In this document: positions 56,003 through 64,000 of the stretch, piece by piece
Numbering within the stretch: position 1 is the stretch's first letter
Layout: the number at the start of each line of letters is the position of its first letter
DNA from: an uncultured Gemmatimonadaceae bacterium
Lineage (GTDB): Bacteria > Gemmatimonadota > Gemmatimonadetes > Gemmatimonadales > Gemmatimonadaceae
Assembly (NCBI GenBank): GCA_963829055.1
Contig: CAWHHI010000016.1
Coordinates: 704,001 to 768,000 of the forward strand
DNA: 64,000 nt
Direction: 5' to 3'
The notes under the pieces: generated by a model
What the model saw: only the letters and a program-made list of their open reading frames with translations
Told to the model about the DNA's origin: nothing
The model's database searches: none
Made by a program: the position numbers and the translations under genes

Positions 56003-56772
56003 GGTGCCACCTCGGCCGCGCCCCAACTGTTCCGCTCCCACACGTCGTACGCGCGAAGCGGACGGCCGTCCGTGAGATGTTCGGACAGGAATTCGCGCAA
56101 CAGTCGCTGGTGCGCGCGCCGCGCCAGCGCGTCCGCGAGCGGCGCGCGCGTTCCACCGATCCATGTGCGGAGCGTCGCCCGCGCCTCGGCGGGAAGCAGG
56201 CGCCTGCTGCTCGCGAGCGAAGCGCACCGGCTGCACAGCGCGCCGCCCGCAGGGTGACTGAACGCGGCCGCCGAGTCGGGGCCAAGGCTGCTGTGGCACG
56301 ACGCACACTCGTCGAGCGACGGCGCGAACCCCATATGGGCGAGGATATACCAGGCGCCACCGAGGGCCGCGTCGATGCTCGCGCCCGCCGAGCTGTCGCC
56401 GATCACGTCCAGTGTGCTCACGAGCGCGTCGTACAACTCGGTGTGCGACTCGCCGGTGCCGAAGCGCATGCCCAGCTCCGCGATCGCGGACGCGGCTGTG
56501 AACCGCTCGAGGTCCGCCGCGAGCCGCCCGCGAGAGCGGCTCACGTCGAAGCTCGCGAGCGTGTGGAGCTCGCGACCAGGCTTGATGAAGATCTCCGCGG
56601 ATCCCGAGGCGAAGAGGTCGAGCGCCGTACCGTACCTGCTCTTTGGCCGTCGAGCGCCGCGGGCCAGCACAGACTGCAGGCCGGCCTCACGGGTCGCGAG
56701 CTTGAAGATTCGCGACGTTTCGAGGTAGTCGAAGACATGCAGGACGACGGCGTCGGTGCGCAGGGACGGCAT
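55999..56772 (-). CDS. recO: DNA repair protein RecO
   Basis: A.VL...DY.ETS.I....TRE.G....ARGAR..KSR; C..C...C..C zinc site. Confidence 0.92.
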
Positions 56773-56830
56773 GGCGAAAATCTACTGCCCGGCGCACCGG
56801 TCGTTCGAAATTGTGTGTACGATCCGCGAT

Positions 56831-58779
56831 CTACGGCCGCGGGCCACCAAGCGTCGCGCGCGCTCCGAGGAGCACCGTTCGGCCAGGTGCCGCGAACCCG
56901 AAGGTTGGTTCGTACTCGTGATCGAGCGCGTTCTCGATGCGCGCGGTCAGCGTTAGGTGCGACGCGCCCGCCCACAGGCGATCCAACGCTGCCTCAGCGC
57001 TCAGATCCAGGAGCGTGTAGGACGGCAGCTCGACACGCGCTTCCGCATTGAAGTCGCGGTCGTCGCGTGGCCCGATGAATCGAACGGCAGCCCCGACGCG
57101 AGATCCGCGCGCGAGCCGGTAGTCGGCGTTGAACGCCGCGGTGTGTGCGGGTCGCCGCAACAAGCGCTCCCCATTCACGAACGTGCCGAACGCGCCGTTC
57201 CCGGCGTCCGTGACGCGGGTTCGGAGCAAGGTGACGTTCGCGCCGAGGTCGAACGCGCCAACCATCGGTGCTCGCGCTTCGAGCTCCACTCCACGGGCGG
57301 ACGCGGCACCGAGGTTCTCATAGGTGCTCCGAAACTCGGTCGACGCGTCACCGGAGACATACTGGATGAGATCGCGGAAGCGCTGGTCGAAGTACGTCGC
57401 GCTTGCGAGCACGCGCTCACCGAATCGGTGCTGGGCGGACGCTTCCCAGCTCATGGTCCGTTCGGGCTGCAGATCGGGGTTCCCGATGCTGAACGCGGAT
57501 GAGAGCGCCTCCTCGAACGCCGGTGCCTTGAATGCATTCCCGACGGCGGCGCGTACGCTTGTCAATGCGAGGAGCTGCCAGGCGAGCGAAGCACGCCCGG
57601 TGACGAACGTACCGTACGTCGCGTTGTCGTCCACGCGGCCGCTGGCCGTATACGTTAGGCGCCCGAGTCCGGCGCCGATGAGCTGCGCGTACGACGGCTT
57701 CGTTCGTTCGATGCGCTGCCGTAGACGACGTCGATACCGGGAATGTCATGAACTGGCTCTCGCCCGAGCTCCGGACCTGCTCTCGCTCGACCGCTCCGCC
57801 GACCGAGAATGTCGTCTTGTCGTTGGCGTGCACATCAGCGCGCAGGTCTGCGCTCCGCCGCTCGATGCGCGAATCATCGCGGCTGTAGAACCCCGCGCTG
57901 TCGCCGGGGCTGTCGGGATCGTTCGACGATTCACCGTCCAGGCGCGATGCGGCTCCCAACAGTCGCAGATCGATACGCGACGTTAGGCGGTGGGTCGCAT
58001 CGAGTCCGATCACCGTCCGGTGATCGCGACGGACGGAATTGCTATCGACCACCGCACCGGAGCCGTCCGTTGGAAAATGGTACGTCGCGTCCGTGTGCCG
58101 AGCAGTGAGGTCCACCGACGCGAACGACGGAGCGAACGAGAGGCGTGCGCTCTCCGACCTGATTTCGATAGTCGTTGTTGAACGCGAAGATGCCGTCGCT
58201 CTGACGCCTCGACGCACCGAGCGAGTAGCCGACCCGCGGCGTTCCTCCGGCGATGTTGGCTTCTCCCTCGAGGCTCCCATACGACCCGCCCCGAACGTCG
58301 GCGAATCCATGTGCGGAACCGGCGCCGCGCCGCGTGAAGAGTTGCACGACACCGGCGACGGCATCCGATCCGTACACGACGCTCGCGGGGCCGCGCACGA
58401 CTTCGATGCGATCGAGGTTCTCCGTGGTGAGATTCGCGAAATCGAAGGCGCCGCCGGGGTTGTTCAGCGGCACGCCGTCCACGAGCACCTTCACGTAGTC
58501 ACTCTCCCCTCCGCGGGCGAAGAGCGACGTCGTCGCGCCGAACGAGCCACTTCGAACGACCATCAAGCCCGGGACGGAGGCGAGCGCGTCGCTCACGTTG
58601 GCGATGCCGCGCGATCGCAGGTCCTCGCCGCGAATGACGGTCACGGACGCCGGCGCACGCTGCTGGTCGATCGGTACGCGGGTCGCGCTGATGACGACCG
58701 GGCGAAGCACCGTCGTGTCGGTCGACTGCTGGGCAAGCAAAGGTGTGGCGAGAAGGCAGAGACTGAAAAGCAGTTTCAT
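56831..58779 (-). CDS. btuB: TonB-dependent vitamin B12 receptor, frameshifts near 58165 and 57700
   Basis: signal peptide, VVISATR, VDGVPLN, RIEVVRGPASVVYGSDAVAGVV, GNPDL.PE, EN.LD..Y; lies in the riboswitch-led operon. Confidence 0.82.
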
Positions 58780-58880
58780 TGTCTGACGGGAAGCGGGAAC
58801 GGCGGCTGGTGGCTGGGTGGTCGTGCTTGTTGCTGGGTGACGCTGGATGCTGCTGAGTGCTGCTTGCCGATTGCTGCTCG

Positions 58881-59670
58881 TTAGGATCTCCTCCCTGCGC
58901 GCAGCGGCACGAGCGCCGGGGCGCCGACGGCCGGGTCGCGCGTGACCACGAGTGGCCAGTCGTACACACGCTCCAGCACGTCGCCGCGCATCACGTCAGC
59001 CGGCGTCCCCGCGGCGGCGACGGCCCCGCGGTGCAGCAACACGACGTGCTGCGCGAAACGCGCGACGAGGTTCAGCTGGTGGCTCACGACGAGAATCGCC
59101 TGGCCACGTCGTGCAAGGACGTCGAGCAGCTCGAACGCCGACATCTCGTGCGCAATGTCGAGGTACGTGGTCGGCTCATCGAGCACGAGTGCCTTCGCGT
59201 CCTGCGCGAGCGCTCGGGCAATGCGCACGCGCTGCCACTCGCCCCCCGACAGCTCGTCCGTCGTGCGACCCATGAACGCGGCGACCTCGGCCTCGTCGAC
59301 GGCGCGGGCAACGGCGGCCGCGCCTAACGGGTCGGCGGTGCTCCACAGACGCGTATGCGGGTGACGCCCAAGCGCAATGTACTCGCGCACGGCGAGCGGG
59401 AAGGCAGGTTCCTCGCGCTGCGACACCACCGCCACTCGCCGCGCCAGTTCGCGACGGTCGAGGTGCGCCGTGTCCTCACCATCGACATTGATGGCACCCC
59501 CGCTCAACGGCACGCGGCCGAGCAGGGCGCGGACGAGCGTGCTCTTTCCGCTCCCGTTAGGCCCCGCGACCGCGGTGATAGCGCCCGGGAGGCACCTCGA
59601 ACGACACGTGATTCACCGCAGGCTCGGCCGCCTTCGGATATCGCACGACGACGTCGTCGAAGCGGATCAT
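58881..59670 (-). CDS. btuD: cobalamin ABC ATP-binding protein, frameshift near 59580
   Basis: GPNGSGKS, LSGGEWQR, LDEPT..LD. Confidence 0.85.
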
Positions 59671-60653
59671 CGGTAGCGACGGAGCTGAACGAGGAAAAAC
59701 GGGACGCCGGCGAGCGCTGTCACGGCGCCAAGCGGCAGCTCGCTCGGCGCGCGCAACGTGCGGGCGACGAGATCCGCCGCAATGAGCAGCGCCGCACCCG
59801 CAAGCCCGGCCGCCGCAATGACCGCACGGTGGCGCCGACCGGCGCGCGAGCGCACGAGGTGTGGCACCACCAGGCCGACGAAGCCGACAAGCCCTGCGGC
59901 CGCGACAGTCGCAGCGGCCAGCAGCGATGCGAGGATGTACGCGCGGCGGCCGGCTCGGTCGACGTCGACACCGAGCCCCGCGGCCGCGTCGTCGCCGAGC
60001 GCGAGCACGTCGATCTCTGGCGCCCAGAGCAGCAGCGCACTTGCCGAAGCGATCGCGTACGCCGCGAGCCATCCAACCTGCACCCAGGTCGCGCCGGCGA
60101 CGGAGCCCATCATCCACCACAGCGCATTGCGGACCGCGTCCGGTGGCGCCGACGCCAGCGCGACCATGATCACGGCGTTCGCGAACGCACCGACGACTAC
60201 GCCCGCCATGAGAAGCACGCGTGGATCTGGCCGCCCGGCGCCTGCACGCGCGATCGCGAGGACGAGCACGACGGCGACGACAGCACCCCCGAACGCACCC
60301 ACCGGCACGAACCCGAACGGCGCTCGGCTCGCGACCGCGATGACCGCGCCGACCGCCGCACCGCCGGACACGCCCAGCAGATACGGCTCGGCGAGTGGGT
60401 TGCGCATCGTGCCCTGGAGTGCGGCTCCGCTCATCGCGAGCGCCGCCCCGACGAGCGCCGCGAGGACGACGCGAGGCGCCCTGATGTCGCGCATGATGGC
60501 GACGGCCGTAAGGTCGCCCCGTCCAGCGAGCGCCGTCCACACTTCGGCTGGCGTTAGGCGCACCGGCCCGATCCCGAGTCCGAGGAGGGCAGCGACTCCC
60601 ACCGCGGCCAAGAGCCCGACCCAGAGCGCGACGTTCGATCGCGTCACCGTCAC
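59667..60653 (-). CDS. btuC: cobalamin ABC permease (FecCD family)
   Basis: IRAPR, RNPLAEPYLLGVSGGA, GFVGLVVPH, ELPLG..TA..G.PFF. Confidence 0.88.
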   Translation of the reverse strand: MTVTRSNVALWVGLLAAVGVAALLGLGIGPVRLTPAEVWTALAGRGDLTAVAIMRDIRAPRVVLAALVGAALAMSGAALQGTMRNPLAEPYLLGVSGGAAVGAVIAVASRAPFGFVPVGAFGGAVVAVVLVLAIARAGAGRPDPRVLLMAGVVVGAFANAVIMVALASAPPDAVRNALWWMMGSVAGATWVQVGWLAAYAIASASALLLWAPEIDVLALGDDAAAGLGVDVDRAGRRAYILASLLAAATVAAAGLVGFVGLVVPHLVRSRAGRRHRAVIAAAGLAGAALLIAADLVARTLRAPSELPLGAVTALAGVPFFLVQLRRYR

Positions 60654-61592
60654 GGCACGGCCCCTGGGTGGAGCAGGCGCGCGAGCGACACTGCCGCCTC
60701 GCCTAACCGCACCCCCGGCCGGCCCACCAGCATTGTGTCCACGATGAGGACGCGGCCGTCTCGCACGGCACGCAGCGCGCGCCAGGCGGGCGCCGCGCGC
60801 ATGCGCCGGGCGGATTCCGGGCCCGCGAGGACGACATCCGGGTCGCGCCTAACGACGTCTTCGATGGTCACGTCGAGTGACGGCCGCGGATCATCGCCGT
60901 AAATGTTGCGGCCGCCGGCAATCTCCACCAGCTCGGTGAGAAAACTGCCGCCGCCGATCGCGATCACCGGGGAATCCCAGGCCTTCCAGAACGCCGCGGG
61001 CCTCACCGCGCCCTGTGTCGCGGCCCGAACGCGTGCGAGCGTCCGGTCGACGGAGTCGACGACGGCATGCGCGGCGGTGGTGTCGCCGAGCACGCGTCCC
61101 AGCACCAACACCGTGCGGCGAAATTCCGCGATGCGATCGACGCGAAGGGTGAGCGTCGGAACGCCGGCCGCGCGGAATCGCTTCGCCGCGTCGCGGTTCT
61201 CGTTGCTGGCGTAAAGCACGACGAGGTCCGGACGCGCGCCGAGCACTGCCTCGACGTTAGGCTGCATGCCATTCCCGAGGTCAGGCACGGCGAGCGCGGC
61301 GCTCGGATAGAGATCGTAGTGCGTGCGGCCGACGAGGCGGTCACCAGCGCCGAGCACGAAGAACAGCTCGGTGGTCGCCGGATTCAGCGAGACGATGCGG
61401 CGCGGCGACGGGCCCAGCACGAGTGTATCGCCGAAATCATCCTGGATCGTCGAGACCCCGAGCGGCCGAACTGGCTTGCGCACGCGGTGATGCCCGTTCG
61501 GCGGATGGCCGATCACACGCCGCGCTCGCGCCCAGCAACGCCGCGAGGGCGACGAACGGGAACCGCGACCGGCGATGATGCACGAAGGGCAT
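60650..61592 (-). CDS. btuF: cobalamin-binding lipoprotein, frameshift near 61455
   Basis: lipobox SAAC, DD.G, RIVSL.P..TE..F.LG, P.VE.VL...PDLV; start 61592 or GTG 61583. Confidence 0.85.
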
Positions 61593-61687
61593 CCTCCTGA
61601 TGGGAAGATGCCCGGGCAGATGCGCCGCGCCTGGTGCGAAGCCGCAAATTGCCACAAGCCCCTCCCCCGAGGGCGTGTGTACGTGGC

Positions 61688-61832
61688 GCGGACGACGAGT
61701 CGTCTCCTGGCTCCGGGCCGCGTCGCTCGCCTTCCCGACCGAAGTCAGTGGCGTGCCGAGCGCGCGTGTATGCCCGTTACAGTGGCGGGGCCGCACCGGC
61801 ATTGCACCGGTTTCCGGGTCTCCCGTCCGCTT
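61688..61832 (-). promoter_or_regulatory. cobalamin (B12) riboswitch
   Basis: minus strand GGAAACCGGTGCAATGCCGGTGCGGCCCCGCCACTGTAA...GCCACTG...GGGAAGGC...AGCCAGGAGAC, upstream of btuF; ends approximate. Confidence 0.92.
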
Positions 61833-61850
61833 TCGAGTTGTGCCGCGAAT

Positions 61851-63044
61851 CTAGACCGCGACTTCCTCGTTGGCAAGCACCGCGGTGAGTTGCGCCTTCA
61901 GTGCATCGCGTCGCGCCTGATACGATGCGCGCTGCGCATCGGTCGCCGATGCGTTGCGCGCGAACGCCTCGTCGAGGTCGGCAATGTCACGCGCGAGGTG
62001 AGCGGCATCAGGCGGCGCGTTGTCGCCCGCGACGACCGTGACGGGACGTCGCCTCGTTAGGGCGACCGCCAGCGCGAGACACATGATCGTCCCCGCCGCA
62101 ATCATGAGCACCGGGAGAAAGCGGTTGCCGCGCGGCGCGGTTGGCGCGCCAACGCCGATGGTGATCTGCCCACCCTGACGCACATCCTGTCCGAGGAATC
62201 GTCGGAATCGACGACCCTCCAACGTGGCGACGGGTTGCTCTGCAAGGCCACCACCGGCGACCGTCGCATCCGGATCCTCGACGAGCACCTCGAACACGCC
62301 GACCGACTCGGCAACGGGAACGGCGAGCGGAAAGTCCGCAGCCGGTACCGAATACGAGAACGCGACTTGGCGAATGCCCGGCGAGATCGACGCGTACGCG
62401 AGGACGCGGCCGTCGCGGAATTGCACCGCGTTGCTGCCGATGTCGCTCTGGCCGACCTGGAAGTCCGTCGCGTTAGGCGGCAGCGCCGTGCTCCAGGTGG
62501 CGCGGCCGCGCGCGCCCGGCACTGCCGTGACTGTGGTGTCGTTGGAGAGCTCGAACACCTCGACCAGCGTTCGTCGTCCGTCGACGCCGCTCGCGGACAC
62601 GACGAGATGCCGTCCTCGCGTACGCACCGGGACCGGGGCCAATGTCGTGTCGAAGACGGTGATCTCTCCGGCGTCACCAGCCGCATCGGTCGCAGGAAGT
62701 GGCGCGGTGAAATACGCGACGCCACCGAACATGCTCGCCGCGAAGTACACCGCGTCGCCGGCGACGGGCTTGTAGCGCATCGAGTATCGTCCGTTCGCGT
62801 CCGAGCGAACGGAGTCCACCGGTCCGCTGCTGTCGGCCGCGACACGGTGCAGCGTCACCCACGCGCCCGGCACCGTGATCATGCCGCTCCGACCGGGACG
62901 CACCACGCGCCCACTCACCGTACGCGGTGCCAGAGACTGCGGAGCAGCGCGACTGGCCGTATCCTGCGCGATCGCCACCTGGGCGCTCAGCATCGCGCCG
63001 AGCGCGAGTCCAGCACCACGCGCGAACGCCGACCGAGCACTCAC
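61851..63044 (-). CDS. hypothetical exported, membrane-anchored protein (N-terminal beta-sandwich)
   Basis: signal peptide, VSGRV..PGA.VTL..SDANGRY, C-terminal TM and LA..IA.LD..F coil. Confidence 0.7.
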   Translation of the reverse strand: MSARSAFARGAGLALGAMLSAQVAIAQDTASRAAPQSLAPRTVSGRVVRPGRSGMITVPGAWVTLHRVAADSSGPVDSVRSDANGRYSMRYKPVAGDAVYFAASMFGGVAYFTAPLPATDAAGDAGEITVFDTTLAPVPVRTRGRHLVVSASGVDGRRTLVEVFELSNDTTVTAVPGARGRATWSTALPPNATDFQVGQSDIGSNAVQFRDGRVLAYASISPGIRQVAFSYSVPAADFPLAVPVAESVGVFEVLVEDPDATVAGGGLAEQPVATLEGRRFRRFLGQDVRQGGQITIGVGAPTAPRGNRFLPVLMIAAGTIMCLALAVALTRRRPVTVVAGDNAPPDAAHLARDIADLDEAFARNASATDAQRASYQARRDALKAQLTAVLANEEVAV

Positions 63045-63559
63045 AAGTTGAATTTGCCGAAGTCTTCAGGGCGAAGATTCTCGAGATACTCCTTCAACTG
63101 CTCGGCGTTGAGCTCCTCGGCGCTCTTGGCCGGCTCGAGCTCGGGTGTCTCGATCTCCTCTTCCTCATCGGCCTCGACGGCGGTGAGGAGTGCGTCCTGC
63201 GCGTAGATCGGCGCTGACAGACGGAGCGCGACGGCGATGCTATCAGAGGGACGGGCATCGATCTGCACCAGCACGTCACCGCGCATGATGTGCAGCTCGG
63301 CGAAGTACGTGCTCTTCTGCACCTTCGTGATCTGCACCCGGCGCAGCTGTCCGCCGAGCCCGACGATGAGGTTCTTGCAGAGGTCATGTGTCAGCGGGCG
63401 ATCGCGCTTGATGCTGTTGATGTGCATCGCGATCGATTCTGCTTCGGGCTGCCCGATCCAGATGGGCAGCAGCCGTGAGCCTCCCTTCTCCTGGAGGATC
63501 ACCACGTACGAATTGGTCGAGCTGTCGAGCCCGAGACGGGCGACCGTGACTTCCACCAT
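63041..63559 (-). CDS. bifunctional nuclease family (DUF151/BFN) protein
   Basis: LPIWIG..EA..I, RPLTHDL, DARPSD.IA.ALR. Confidence 0.92.
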   Translation of the reverse strand: MVEVTVARLGLDSSTNSYVVILQEKGGSRLLPIWIGQPEAESIAMHINSIKRDRPLTHDLCKNLIVGLGGQLRRVQITKVQKSTYFAELHIMRGDVLVQIDARPSDSIAVALRLSAPIYAQDALLTAVEADEEEEIETPELEPAKSAEELNAEQLKEYLENLRPEDFGKFNL

Positions 63560-63716
63560 CAACGATTCCTGCGAGGGTGATCTGGTGTCGTCTGCCGAAA
63601 AATGCGCGAGGGCGCGCAGGGGTGGAAGTCACGCCCTCGCCCGCCCTCGAACTCTTCCGCGGATTTCCGCAAGATTTACACGTCGCTCACCAACTTACCC
63701 CAGCCTGCCGCCAACC

Positions 63717-64000
63717 TCAGCGGACTGCCTTCTTGAGCGCCGCCGCGCGATCCGTGCGCTCCCACGTGAACAGCGTCGCTGAACCGCGGCCGTTCTTGAT
63801 CGTCTCCGGCGTGCGTCCGAAATGCCCATACGCGGACGTCGGCGAGTAAATCGGCTTGCGAAGATCCAACGCAGCGCCAATGCCACGCGGCGTGAGATCG
63901 AACGTCTCGCTCACGGCGCGCATGATGTCGGCTTCGGGAACCTCACTCGTGCCGAACGTATCGACCATGACCGAGACCGGCTCGGCGACACCAATGGCAT
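63717..64000 (-). CDS. metK: S-adenosylmethionine synthetase, C-terminal part
   Basis: [22 protein letters not shown]...LDL..PIY..T.AYGHFGR, WE. Confidence 0.95.
   Translation of the reverse strand, partial: AIGVAEPVSVMVDTFGTSEVPEADIMRAVSETFDLTPRGIGAALDLRKPIYSPTSAYGHFGRTPETIKNGRGSATLFTWERTDRAAALKKAVR

Overview
High-GC (roughly two-thirds G+C by eye) bacterial window. Gene content and style suggest Gemmatimonadota, but this is an inference. Many otherwise intact genes carry single-base frameshifts, most likely long-read indel errors. Right part (44.6-64 kb) is core-like chromosome, almost all on the minus strand: metK (partial), bifunctional nuclease, a cobalamin riboswitch ahead of btuF/C/D/B, recO, selB, an Mla/Mce ABC system, clpB, tadA and a GT-C-like glycosyltransferase. 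Two tRNA-Ser genes sit at 44.3-44.5 kb. Left of tRNA-Ser(GGA) is an accreted accessory region with degenerate copies of the tRNA 3' end (att-like scars) and truncated genes. It holds hybrid kinases, a motif-permuted multicopper oxidase, a deaminase + uracil-DNA-glycosylase-like gene pair, an Mrp antiporter operon, an L,D-transpeptidase and an MFS-M20-SDR cassette. A ~17 kb stress/dormancy-like cluster (5 Usp genes, CBS, HPF-like, DksA/TraR, LuxR regulators, GDH, ClC) fills the left end. Top observations: (1) a non-palindromic octamer CGTTAGGC/GCCTAACG iterated about once per 1.2 kb, written into conserved coding sequence through rare codons; (2) the deaminase-UDG pair; (3) a putative MarR regulon with a palindromic operator in front of an uncharacterised paralog family.
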